Assembly (NCBI GenBank): GCA_041687695.1
Contig: JAWLBL010000007.1
Coordinates: 32,001 to 96,000 of the forward strand
Reading direction: 5' to 3'
Source: Myxococcota bacterium
GTDB taxonomy: Bacteria; Myxococcota_A; UBA9042; PHBI01; JAWLBL01
Length of the DNA: 64,000 nucleotides
A model generated the notes under the pieces. That model searched no databases and was not told the origin of the DNA. It worked only from the letters and a program-made list of their open reading frames with translations. A program made the position numbers and the translations under genes. Positions 29,901 to 38,327 of this stretch are shown one piece after another; position 1 is the stretch's first letter, and each line of letters opens with the position of its first letter.

Positions 29901-30140
29901 GAGGTGCGTCGGGGCGAGCTGCGAGGCGTTGATGCGTAGGCCGGTGGCCGACGTGGCGTCGTAGCGCGTCGCGAGGTCGTTGGGCAGCGGGATGTTGGGC
30001 AGCGGCCGGTGGTACCAGTCGAAGGCGACGGTGGTCTTGGCCGGCGGCGCGTCGGCGAGGCCGAGGGGCTCGGCGGGCAGGCAGCCGGCGGACAGGGAGA
30101 GGGCGAGCAGGGCCGTGGTGGTTCGCAGGATCGATCTCAC
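26913..30140 (-). CDS. Large secreted lipase-like alpha/beta hydrolase lipoprotein with Ca-binding loops
   Basis: Lipobox LSAGC, IPLPNDL N-terminal motif, GHGY, AIDCPSHG, GGSLGG and several DxNGDG loops. The GTG start overlaps the upstream TGA. Confidence 0.8.
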   Translation of the reverse strand: MRSILRTTTALLALSLSAGCLPAEPLGLADAPPAKTTVAFDWYHRPLPNIPLPNDLATRYDATSATGLRINASQLAPTHLERHLRHLVDQLDGWGVMQPITIPFTGPLDIQSIVDGHRDADYDLSNDVVYLINVDRDSPELGRVHHLDVGNGNYPVVLEKLDYWHNDPRDWTLSLMFEEADEDLNGNGVLDLGGDANGDGVIDDDEWPEDTDADGVLDVPNYLPGASPARDDLAGRADALMYFYERQTNTLILRPMMPLRERTTYAVVVTRRLKDEAGEPVGSPFPAINHESQTHALDALPEVLPEGLKLSDVAFAFSFTTQSIEAHWKAVRDGLYGHGVQAAMGEQHPAEFAGLEILRDPDSDTFAGVKNPYVLPTEQLLPIMAALGGELLGMDPSSFTYRTMEDAMRFIDYQAIARFSSPQLFPRFDDGGQRLPENDQSWPPDLDRVAAPVFGEDVYVTFYIPRKEASPRGQGQHAPVMIMGHGYTSNRIEALSQAGFMAKHGLATVAIDCPSHGIGLDAEEAELARSLLGSLGLGTFLDAVLKDRAVDLNRNGGKDSGADFWTSYLFHTRDVVRQCTVDYMQLVRILRTFDGKRRWAFDVNGDGEPDLAGDFDGDGKVDIGAESIIAMSGGSLGGIMSQMVGALEPEVSAIVPISGGGGLIDVGNRSLQGGVREAVQLRLMAPIYTGTLAEDGTLTLRTVIPDLNKTATRTIATVADVRKGDTVLAENLINGERGCGFVDRNGNVRVAVASDLGDATRLSVFRGPVLAGKPDCELQQDAMPFALVERFGHLVQFQGRSYGVGEPLVSLAEGMALHRATPEFRRLLSLAQFVVDPADPGVVAPHLLDEPLTYEATGTTTGAHTLVVTTMGDMNVPASSGLTHSRTAGLVGFLEDDPRYGKPANQVLIDTYAAEAVHVLGRYTDANGTPVHIDLEDFSEGDDYWTPVGIPRLDPPLRLYGEDKLCERGEAHCGISGSIWPFPRPDGQHGFDPPGSFVDRAIARCQDACKGPDAPIPCGQCKDERVFDIGMFMFNMLGKYGATGGKVLDTSLCHAFDDCPDRPETPPTRDDADLP

Positions 30141-31663
30141 AGGCGCACCTCCAACATGGCGCGGGCGCCCAGGACGGCGCCGAGGGTCTCGCCGGACGCG
30201 TCCTCGAAGGCGCTGCCGGGCAGGAAGGCGCCGCCTTCGAGGCCGAAGTGCAGCTGGACGTCGCCCACGTCGCGGAAGTAACGAGCGCCGACGTCGATCT
30301 CGGTGCCCAGGTAGGCGCCGGGCGAGCCGTCGAGGGCGTTGCGGGGCGAGCCGCCGGCCAGGCGCGTCGTGAACGGGTCGGCCACCTCGACGGCGCTGAA
30401 GGCCACGAGCGGACCGCCGTACAGCTCGAGGTGCGGCGTCGCGCGCCACCACACCCGGGGGAAGGCCGCGAAGGTGTTGGAGGCGCCGCCGCGGGTCGCG
30501 ACGCGCTCGACGTCCTCGGGGGGCACGCCGACCAGCTCGAGGTCGTGGGCGGTCACGCGGGCGCGGCCGGTGTGCGCCGCGAGCACGTGGCGGTAGAGCA
30601 GAAAGCCCAGCTCGTAGTTGCGGTTGGCCTTGAAGGCGCGCTGCTCGCGGTCATCGAAGTTGCGGTCGCCGGAGGCGTACAGCAGATCGAGCACGGCGCC
30701 CCAGCGGCCCATGTCCAGGGTGCCGCGGGCGGCCCAGCCGAGCTGCAGGACGTCCTTGGTCGGGAAGTCCGCCGAGGCGCTGAGGGTCGTCTCGCCGACG
30801 ACCAGCGCGGCCTCGGCCTCGAGCTTGAGCTTGGCCGTCTCGGACAGCTTCAGCGTGTGCTGGCCGGTGGCGTCGACGACCGTGACCTCGATGCGATCGC
30901 CGTCGCGGGCCTCCTGCTGTCGGCGCACGACGTAGACGCCGCCGAAGGTGTCCTTCTTGCGGTCAGGGCGCGACAGGTCCATGCCGTAGAAGGCGGCGGC
31001 GACCATCTGGGTGGCCTCGTCGCCGTCGAAGGTGATGTTGTCGTCGATGACGCGGTCGACCGCGAAGAGCGCCCCGAGGCCCTGCTGGTGCCACGGCAGC
31101 ACGATGGCCGTGCCGCGCAGCACGCGGTCGCCGCTCTGGGGCGACGCGAAGCGGGCCGAGCCCGGCTCCCAGAAGGTGGCGCCGTCGTTCGCGAGCAGCC
31201 CCATGCCCCACTGGGAGGTCATGGCGCCGCCCATGAGGTGGACCCAGTGCCCCAGCGACAGGCGGCCGTAGGCCTTGCGCAGCTCGGCGTGGTCTCGCAT
31301 GGCGCGCGGCATGTCCTGGCCGTCGACGCCGGGCGCGTCGGTGAGCCAGCCGGTGATGGCGTCGGCCTCGAGCTCGGCCCCGAGCGCGATGGGCGCCAGC
31401 GTGCGCCGGGTATCGAAGCGGACCCCTAGCCGGACCAGGGTGCTCGCGCCCAGCCCCGGGTCGTACTCGGTGCCGAGCCGATCGATCTCGTAACCGCCGA
31501 CTTGCTCGAGCCGGCCGTCGACGTGCCCCGTCACCTCGAGCCGTACGCCGCTCGGAGCGGCCGCGCTGGCCGCCGCCGTCGGGGCGGCCGGAGCCTCCTC
31601 GGCGGCCGCGGGGCTGGTGAGCGCGAGGCTCCCGACCACAATCTTTGCCATCAACCTACGCAT
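30137..31663 (-). CDS. Probable outer-membrane beta-barrel protein
   Basis: Signal peptide, amphipathic beta-strand pattern, SQWGMGLLAN motif, C-terminal strand. Confidence 0.7.
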   Translation of the reverse strand: MRRLMAKIVVGSLALTSPAAAEEAPAAPTAAASAAAPSGVRLEVTGHVDGRLEQVGGYEIDRLGTEYDPGLGASTLVRLGVRFDTRRTLAPIALGAELEADAITGWLTDAPGVDGQDMPRAMRDHAELRKAYGRLSLGHWVHLMGGAMTSQWGMGLLANDGATFWEPGSARFASPQSGDRVLRGTAIVLPWHQQGLGALFAVDRVIDDNITFDGDEATQMVAAAFYGMDLSRPDRKKDTFGGVYVVRRQQEARDGDRIEVTVVDATGQHTLKLSETAKLKLEAEAALVVGETTLSASADFPTKDVLQLGWAARGTLDMGRWGAVLDLLYASGDRNFDDREQRAFKANRNYELGFLLYRHVLAAHTGRARVTAHDLELVGVPPEDVERVATRGGASNTFAAFPRVWWRATPHLELYGGPLVAFSAVEVADPFTTRLAGGSPRNALDGSPGAYLGTEIDVGARYFRDVGDVQLHFGLEGGAFLPGSAFEDASGETLGAVLGARAMLEVRL

Positions 31664-31887
31664 CCGCGCACCTCCCCTGTGCCTTCAGGCGCCCCTTCGT
31701 ACCGCACGGCGACGGTGGTCACAAGGACGCCATGGCGGCCGCGAGGTGACCGCGTCCCGGGCGCGCGCTCGGTCGTCTCGATTCGAGCCGCACGCGCTGT
31801 AACGAATTGATGCGGTCGCGCCCGGAGGCCAGCGCGCCGAAGACGCAAGTGTGCGGAATGTGGGAGGTGCCGGAGAGGGGGCGGCGC

Positions 31888-31903
31888 TGGCACGGGACGT
31901 GCT
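31888..31903 (+). promoter_or_regulatory. Putative sigma54 -24/-12 promoter
   Basis: TGGCACGGGACGTGCT (GG-N10-GC) about 65 nt upstream of the ATG at 31966. Confidence 0.6.
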
Positions 31904-31965
31904 GTAGGGCAGGGTGCGGTCGCGACGGGGCGACCGCTCGAGGCAGTCGGATGGAGGTTCGGGCG

Positions 31966-33516
31966 ATGAACGGAGCGCTGGGGTGGGCGGCGGAGCGGCG
32001 GGTGAGCGACGGACGCACCGTGAACGGGTTGCTGGCGCTCGCGATGCTCGGGGTGAGCGCGGGGTGTGACGGGGCCGCTGGCGCGCCGGGCGAGCCGGGC
32101 AGCGCGCCCATCGTCGCGCCGGCCGTGGCCGGTCCCGCGACGCCGTCGGGGCGCCCCCCTGCGCTGTCGCCCATGGCGCCGGGCGCCGTCGTCCCGCCGG
32201 CCTGGAACGAGCGCAGGCGGCAAGCCGAGGGCGAAGGCGTGGGGCGCGAGGCGCCGACCGTGCCCGGTCCCGTGAACCACTGCGTGGACCCGGAGGGGAC
32301 CTGGCTGTGCGGCGACGGCGCGCGGTGCCTCGAGCGCGCGGGGGTCTGGGAGTGCCAGTGCGCCAAGGGCTTCGAGGGCGACGGGTTCTCGTGCGTCGAC
32401 GTCGACGAGTGCGCCGCCGGGACGGACGACTGCGAGGGCGACGCGCTGTGCGTGAACGTGCAGGGCGGCTTCACGTGCCGGTGCCCGCAGGGGTTCGAGG
32501 ACCTGGGCGCCGGCTGCGTGGACGTGGACGAGTGCGCGGCGGGGCAGGTCGACTGCGGTGTCGGCGGCGCGTGCGTGAACACCGTGGGGGCGTTCGCCTG
32601 TGAGTGCGCGGACGGCTTCGCCCTGGGCGAGTCGGGGTGCGTCGCGGTCGCCCCCTGTGACCTGGACCCGTGCGCGGCGGGGGCGAGCTGCGTGCCGGCC
32701 GAGGGGGCGTTCGCGTGCGCCTGTCCGGACGGCACCACCGGGGACGGGGTCAGCTTCTGCGCCGCATGGGCGGCGCCGGAGGTGAGGATCGGCAACGGGT
32801 CGCCGGTGGTCACGTCGACGCTGGTGCAGCTGCGCCTGCAGGAGCCCGGGAACCTGCTCGCCAACGGGGGCGCCGAGGAAGGGACGCACGCGGCGTGGAC
32901 CGTGCTGGACGGCGCCGCCTCCGACATCGCCGCGCTCGGCGGCGGGTTCCTGGGCGGCTGGCGCTTCGTGGGCGGGCCCGAGTGGGTCCGGCGCGGGCAG
33001 CTCGTCGACCTCCTCGAGGCCGGGCTGTCCGAGGAGGCGCTCGACGCGGCGCCGCCCATCACCGCGCGCGAGTGGGCCATCGGGACCTGGCCGCAGTACG
33101 GCGACGAGCGCTATCTGCGGGTCGAGCTCCGGGACGCGAGCGGCGCCGTGGTGGCCAGCTGGGAGCACGGGAGCGTGGGGGCGCCGGTGGTGACCGGCGC
33201 GAGCTGGGCCGCGAGCGAGGCGACGCTGGCCGACTACGGCCCCGGGGTCCGCTACGTGTGGTTCGAGGACGGCGTGCGCGGCGCCGAGCCGTTCGCCGGC
33301 GCCCACGGGGCGGCGCTCGACGCCGCGAGCGTGGTCGTCGGGGCGACCCGGATGCGCGTGTCGAACGACGGCGCGACCTGGACCGACTGGCTGGACTTCC
33401 AGCCGATGGTCTCGTGGGAGCTCGAGCCCGGCCCCGGCGACAAGACGGTCTTCGTCGAGCTGCAGGACGCCTGGGGCACGATCCACGCGGCGAGCGCGAC
33501 CGTCCTCCTCCAGTAG
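31966..33516 (+). CDS. Lipoprotein with EGF/Ca-EGF repeats and an FBA (F-box-associated)-like lectin domain inserted in an Ig-like domain
   Basis: GGAGG RBS, lipobox VSAGC, DVDEC EGF repeats, and NLLANGGAEEG...QLVDLLEAGLSEEALD...DYGPGVRYVWFEDG. Confidence 0.85.
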   Translation: MNGALGWAAERRVSDGRTVNGLLALAMLGVSAGCDGAAGAPGEPGSAPIVAPAVAGPATPSGRPPALSPMAPGAVVPPAWNERRRQAEGEGVGREAPTVPGPVNHCVDPEGTWLCGDGARCLERAGVWECQCAKGFEGDGFSCVDVDECAAGTDDCEGDALCVNVQGGFTCRCPQGFEDLGAGCVDVDECAAGQVDCGVGGACVNTVGAFACECADGFALGESGCVAVAPCDLDPCAAGASCVPAEGAFACACPDGTTGDGVSFCAAWAAPEVRIGNGSPVVTSTLVQLRLQEPGNLLANGGAEEGTHAAWTVLDGAASDIAALGGGFLGGWRFVGGPEWVRRGQLVDLLEAGLSEEALDAAPPITAREWAIGTWPQYGDERYLRVELRDASGAVVASWEHGSVGAPVVTGASWAASEATLADYGPGVRYVWFEDGVRGAEPFAGAHGAALDAASVVVGATRMRVSNDGATWTDWLDFQPMVSWELEPGPGDKTVFVELQDAWGTIHAASATVLLQ

Positions 33517-33627
33517 GCTCGGAGCCGGGCGTGGCGCCGGTCGTCGCGGCGGGCGGAACTCTCCTTAGGCGGTTCCGCCCGCCGTGCAGTAGGCTCCGCG
33601 CCGGTCGCCCCCGACGAGGAGGAACCC

Positions 33628-34779
33628 GTGGCCAAGCACACCGTCGACAGCCTCAACAAGCGTCTCGCCTCCCTCCACGGCCACTACCAGCGGCAATACG
33701 CGGGCCTGCCGCGCCACAGCCGGCCGGTCGAGCCCCTGGTCAAGCTCATCGAGAAGGCGGCCGACATCGTGCGCCGGGTCAAGAAGCTCAAGGGCGAGGA
33801 GGCGCGCAAGCTCGAGGCGACGGCCCTCGAGCGGCTCAAGCTGTATGCGAGCGAGAAGGACGCGATCGTCGAGGCCCAGGCGGCCAGCGAGGCGGAGCTC
33901 GAGGGGCGCGAGCTGGCCGTGCGGTTCCAGCTGACGACCGGGCGCTACCGGCGCCACTTCGCCGGCCAGGACCGCAGGACCCGCGATCTGGGGCTGCTGC
34001 GGGCCATCACGGACGATCTCCGCGCGATCGAGGGGCGCCTGGCCGAGCTCGCCGCGGTCGAGCGGACGATGGACATGAGCGGCCGGCACTCGGCGGCCAA
34101 GGGGCAGCGCGATCTCTGCGAGGGCGAGCTGAAGGCCATCGCCGAGGCGCGGCGCGACCAGGCGCTCGAGGCGCGCGCGGACCAGCTGGCCGCGGTGGCC
34201 AACCGGCAGTTCACCGTCTATCGCGAGCAGTTCGAGGGCCGACCGAGGCCGACGTGCCGACCCGAGCTGCTCGAACGCATCGTGGGGACGCTCGAGGAGA
34301 CGCTCGCCGAGCTGGAGGATCCGGCCTTCGGGGGCCTCGCGGACCCGAGCCGCGTCGAGGCGAACCGCGCGGTGATCCGCGACCAGATCACGCGCTATCG
34401 CGCCGAGCTCGAGGCGCTGGTCGAGGCGCACGGCGCCGTGTCGCTGGACACCCGGGTCGGGCTGCTCGGCGGCGCGGCCAACGAGATGATGGCCCTTTAC
34501 CGCGAGCACTTCGCGGGCCAGGACCGCGCCACGCGCAACCTGAGCCTGCTGTCGCTCATGTGCGACCGCCTGGGCGAGGTCGAGCAGCAGATGACCGGGA
34601 TAGGGCGGAGCGCGAGCAGCGCGGCGAACACGAGGAACGTGACGCTGGTCCGACAGACGCTGCGGGCCTGGGAGGAGGAGTACACCAAGATCGCCGAGGT
34701 CCAGGCCAAGCGGCCGGGCGGGACCTCGGCCCCCCGGCCGTCGGACCCGCTGGCGGGTCTCATCCGGACGGGCGGCTGA
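33628..34779 (+). CDS. Helical protein with four internal repeats (YxxxFxGxxRxTR)
   Basis: GAGGAGG RBS with GTG start; four repeated motifs. Confidence 0.8.
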   Translation: MAKHTVDSLNKRLASLHGHYQRQYAGLPRHSRPVEPLVKLIEKAADIVRRVKKLKGEEARKLEATALERLKLYASEKDAIVEAQAASEAELEGRELAVRFQLTTGRYRRHFAGQDRRTRDLGLLRAITDDLRAIEGRLAELAAVERTMDMSGRHSAAKGQRDLCEGELKAIAEARRDQALEARADQLAAVANRQFTVYREQFEGRPRPTCRPELLERIVGTLEETLAELEDPAFGGLADPSRVEANRAVIRDQITRYRAELEALVEAHGAVSLDTRVGLLGGAANEMMALYREHFAGQDRATRNLSLLSLMCDRLGEVEQQMTGIGRSASSAANTRNVTLVRQTLRAWEEEYTKIAEVQAKRPGGTSAPRPSDPLAGLIRTGG

Positions 34780-34998
34780 GGGGAACGAGGCGGCGCATCG
34801 GCGCCCCGACCGGCGGACCCGCTGGCGGGTCTCATCCGGACGGGCGGCCGAGGGGAACGAGGCGGCGCATCGGCGCCCCGACCGGCGGACCCGCTGGCGG
34901 GTCTCATCCGGACGGGCGGCTGAGGGGAACGAGGCGGCGCATCGGCCCCCCGGCCGGCGGACCCGCTGGCGGGTCTCATCCGGACGGGCGGCTGAGGG
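34726..34998. repeat. 72-bp tandem repeat x4 duplicating the 3' end of the upstream gene
   Basis: CGGACCCGCTGGCGGGTCTCATCCGGACGGGCGGC recurs at 34742, 34814, 34886 and 34958. Confidence 0.92.
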
Positions 34999-35132
34999 GG
35001 GCGCAGCGGCGAGGCGGCGCATCGACGTCGTATCGCAGGGCGGTCGCCATCGGCTACGATGGCTCGCCGACGGCGAGGTTCGCGAGCTCGGCCGTCGCCG
35101 TATCCCCTCCGGCCCGCGCGACGAGGCCCGCC

Positions 35133-35495
35133 ATGCCCCAGCTGATCGCCAGCCCCACCCGCATCGAGGCGGCGGGGAACAAACCCAAGCTCATCGACGA
35201 GTACGTCGGTCGCGTCACGACCGGCACGGCGAACGTCAGCGTCGCCCACATGCGGAGCCCCTCGGGCTGGCGCGAACCCGGCCAGCGGCCCGAGTTCGAC
35301 GAGATCACGGTGGTGTTGCGCGGCACGCTGCAGGTCGAGCACGACTCGGGGGTCCTCGAGGTCGGCGCCGGTCAGGCGGTCTGGACCCGGCCGGGCGAGT
35401 GGGTGCGCTACGGCACGCCGGGACCGGAGGGCGCCGAGTACGTCGCCATCTGCCTGCCGGCCTTCTCGCCCGAGACGGTGCACCGCGACCCCTGA
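35133..35495 (+). CDS. Cupin domain protein
   Basis: KLIDEYVGRV, EPGQRPEFDE, VLRG.L and YVAICLPAFSP. Confidence 0.88.
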   Translation: MPQLIASPTRIEAAGNKPKLIDEYVGRVTTGTANVSVAHMRSPSGWREPGQRPEFDEITVVLRGTLQVEHDSGVLEVGAGQAVWTRPGEWVRYGTPGPEGAEYVAICLPAFSPETVHRDP

Positions 35496-35614
35496 GGCCC
35501 GAGGCGTCCTCGTGGAACGCCGACGCGGAGTTCGCTGGGACGGCGTGACGTGGGGTGGGTGCCCGGTGTCGTGACGACGAGGGGTTCTCTGGGATGCGGT
35601 TACGTCGCGTTCCT

Positions 35615-35796
35615 TAGCCTGCATTTCTCACCAGATCCGTAGCGAGCCCGAGGGATAGTGCCGCAGATCCGCGGTGCTCGGAGCGGAGGACGGTGAAGGC
35701 GTACTTGATGGTACGTCGAGCCGGCCGGAGCGAGAACGCCGCGGAGGTGCGGTGCTAGCCCCGGGCGCAGTAGGAGCTGGTGAGAAATGCAGGTTA
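35615..35796. mobile_element. MITE-like palindromic element (182 bp, TA-flanked)
   Basis: Terminal inverted repeats TAGCCTGCATTTCTCACCAG ... CTGGTGAGAAATGCAGGTTA with internal imperfect complementarity; lies between convergent genes and has no ORF. Confidence 0.75.
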
Positions 35797-35902
35797 GGAC
35801 CTGACCCGCCGCCTCCGCCGGAGGGCGGATGGCGAGGCAGCGCTGGGCACGGCCGCGCGCGGCGAGTGACCGCAGGCTCGCGGCGGCGGCGGCGCCGTCG
35901 CG

Positions 35903-36415
35903 TCAGCGGGACTCGGGATCTTCACCCTCCCAGTAGTCCACCGCGTCTTCGTGCCGGAAGAAGGCTTGCAGCAGCCGCTGGTCCTTGGGTCCGCCGGGGG
36001 CGGCGCCCGCCATGACGCCGACCTTGGCCGAGTCGGGGTAGCCGAGGACGTCCGGGGCGACCATGGTCGACAGGACCAGGTAGCGTAGCGGGGCGTCCGT
36101 CGTGTTGACGGTCTGGTGCGCGTGCTCGGGGCCGGCGGGCAGGGCCACGTAGTCCCCGGCGCGCAGCGGCACCTCCGTCGCGCCGAGGCGCAGCAGGCCA
36201 GCGCCCTCGAGGACGTAGATGGCCTCTTCGTTGGCGAAGTGGAAGTGGAAGGGCCACGCGCGGCGGCCGGCGGGGAGCTCGATGAGGCTGCAGCCGAGCG
36301 CGGCGCCGCCAGCGGCGGCCGCGAGCTGCTTGCGGCGGCCTCCGAAGTGGGGGGCGTGGCTGGTGTCGACCCAGTCCAGGTCGGCCTCGTTGACGACGCG
36401 AGGGTGTCGGCTCAT
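35903..36415 (-). CDS. Cupin domain protein
   Basis: WPFHFHFANEEAIYVLEG, HAHQ and YPDSAKV. Confidence 0.9.
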   Translation of the reverse strand: MSRHPRVVNEADLDWVDTSHAPHFGGRRKQLAAAAGGAALGCSLIELPAGRRAWPFHFHFANEEAIYVLEGAGLLRLGATEVPLRAGDYVALPAGPEHAHQTVNTTDAPLRYLVLSTMVAPDVLGYPDSAKVGVMAGAAPGGPKDQRLLQAFFRHEDAVDYWEGEDPESR

Positions 36416-37365
36416 CGGGAGTCCAGCGAGTCGGAGAGGGGGGCAGGGCGGGCGCCTCGGCGGCGCCAGAGCGGGGTGAAGCGTCGGGTGAGGACGAGGC
36501 CCACCAGGCCCACCCACCCCAGGGTGCGGAGCCACCGGTCGGCCGGCCCCGAGCCCACGTAGCCATAGTCCTGCTCGGCCAGCGGATACGGCTCCTGCTC
36601 GAGCAGCGCGATCAGCGCCGGGTCACCGTACGGGACGCCGTCGAGCGTGTGGACGACCGTTCGCCCTTCGGCCAGCGCGCGCAAGACACCGCCGGCGCTG
36701 ACCTCGTCGACGAAGATCAGGGTGCGCAGGATGCCGAGGATGCTGGCCAGGTGGTAGTCCGAGGTGCCGACCGGCGTCAGCGCGAAGCCGTCGGCCACGG
36801 CCTCGCGGTAGAAGTCCAGCATGTCCGACCAGCGCGGCCCGCCGGCGCCGGCGAAGGCGATGGGGTGCATGAGCTCGACGCCGTCCAGCGAACCGCGCAC
36901 CGTCCTCAGCGAGTCCTTGAAGCGTCCGAAGGGGTGGGCGCCGATGGCGAGGCCGCCCTTGGCGTGGATGTCGTCGACGAGCGCGTCCAGCGGCTGATCC
37001 CAGGCGATGCGTTGCTCGACGCCCAAGGCATGCACGTGCCAGTCACGCGTCGTGACCTCTTGCCCGACGAGGACGATGGGCCCTCCCCAGAGCTCGGCGA
37101 ACCAGCGCGCCAGCAAGGCCGGCAGGACCTGGTTGTGCTCGGTGACCGCGATGACGTCGAGATCGCGTCGACGCGCCTGGGCGACGACGCCCAGCGGAGA
37201 CAGGAGGCCATCGCTGAAGCGGGTGTGGACGTGGAGATCGGCCTCGAGCACGGTCCAGGGACCCCGGCGCTCGGGCGGCTCGGTCGCCAGCTCGTCGAGC
37301 GCGGTGCCTCCGACGAGCCCGACGGCGACCAGGAGCCACGCGGCCCGCGACCAGGCGGCGCTCAT
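36412..37365 (-). CDS. PHP-domain phosphoesterase with N- and C-terminal hydrophobic segments
   Basis: DLHVHTRFSDG, TEHN, GQEVT, AHP and GTSDYH; ATGA overlaps with both neighbours. Confidence 0.88.
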   Translation of the reverse strand: MSAAWSRAAWLLVAVGLVGGTALDELATEPPERRGPWTVLEADLHVHTRFSDGLLSPLGVVAQARRRDLDVIAVTEHNQVLPALLARWFAELWGGPIVLVGQEVTTRDWHVHALGVEQRIAWDQPLDALVDDIHAKGGLAIGAHPFGRFKDSLRTVRGSLDGVELMHPIAFAGAGGPRWSDMLDFYREAVADGFALTPVGTSDYHLASILGILRTLIFVDEVSAGGVLRALAEGRTVVHTLDGVPYGDPALIALLEQEPYPLAEQDYGYVGSGPADRWLRTLGWVGLVGLVLTRRFTPLWRRRGARPAPLSDSLDSR

Positions 37366-38015
37366 CGAGGCACCGTGAGGACCGCCTGGAGCTGCCCCGT
37401 CGCCAGGTAGTAGCCGACGATCACGCCACCGTAGACGGCGTAGTACAGCCCAGCGGCCGCCGTGGCGCGCCCCGCGGACAGCTGGAACCCGTGCCGACAG
37501 GCCGCCCACGTCAGCCACAGCGACCACATGACCACCGCGACGAGGGCGACCGGCAACACGCGAGTCGTCACGAGCCACACGAAGGCCGCGTACACGTCGG
37601 GCGCGAACAGGCACACGGCCGAGACGGTGAGCAGGAGCACCAGCCACGGCCCCTGGCCGACCATCAGGACGTCCACGGCCTGAGACAGCCGCCAGCGGGG
37701 CGCCCAGAGGGCACGAACGGCGGCGATCGCCAGGATCTGCGTCAGCGGGACGAAGGACCAGAAGACGAACGTGCCCACGAAGTGAACGGCCGTGAGCCGG
37801 CCGGCCGACGTGAACGAGACGAACCCCGCGAGGACGAGGAGCAAGAGCAGGGGCCGGCGCGCCATCGTCCAACCCGAGGGCGCGGGAGGCTGCTCGCCCA
37901 GACGCCTCCACACGGCGCGCGGACGCACCAGCGCCTCGGCCTCGTCGGACCACGTCCGGGCGCGGGGGGGCGAGGTCGCGTCGCCCTCGGTGCGACCGTC
38001 GCCGCGCGCCGTCAT
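37362..38015 (-). CDS. Multi-pass membrane protein (Yip1-like topology)
   Basis: About 5 TM segments; translationally coupled to the PHP gene. Confidence 0.75.
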   Translation of the reverse strand: MTARGDGRTEGDATSPPRARTWSDEAEALVRPRAVWRRLGEQPPAPSGWTMARRPLLLLLVLAGFVSFTSAGRLTAVHFVGTFVFWSFVPLTQILAIAAVRALWAPRWRLSQAVDVLMVGQGPWLVLLLTVSAVCLFAPDVYAAFVWLVTTRVLPVALVAVVMWSLWLTWAACRHGFQLSAGRATAAAGLYYAVYGGVIVGYYLATGQLQAVLTVPR

Positions 38016-38327
38016 CCCTCGCCCTCGGCCGCGCGGAGGCGCGTGGGGCCGAAGGTGGGGGCGCAGGCGCGCAGCCTCGGCGACCCAGCCTGGGCCAGCA
38101 GGGGCGGGGAGGGGACGCGATGGTGCAGGGTATTCGCGGGGCTGACGCGCGGCACGAGCGCTCCGGACCGAGGCCGCGGTGGCGCGCTCGCAGCAGGACG
38201 CGCCGCCGCCCGACGACCGCTGTCGCCAGGTGGGACAGGGTATAGCCTCGCGGCACGTCGGCCGCCAAGCTGGACCCGCGGCACGTGGCCACTCGCTGGA
38301 GACGCACCAGCCGGCCGGGGGCAGGGG

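Noticed and set aside
34726..34998. Possible CRISPR array (palindromic repeats at regular spacing)
   Set aside because: The intervening sequences are near-identical rather than unique spacers, and there are no cas genes.
35521..35606. Two imperfect direct repeats of about 31 nt beside the MITE-like element
   Set aside because: Only two degenerate copies, too weak to assign a function.
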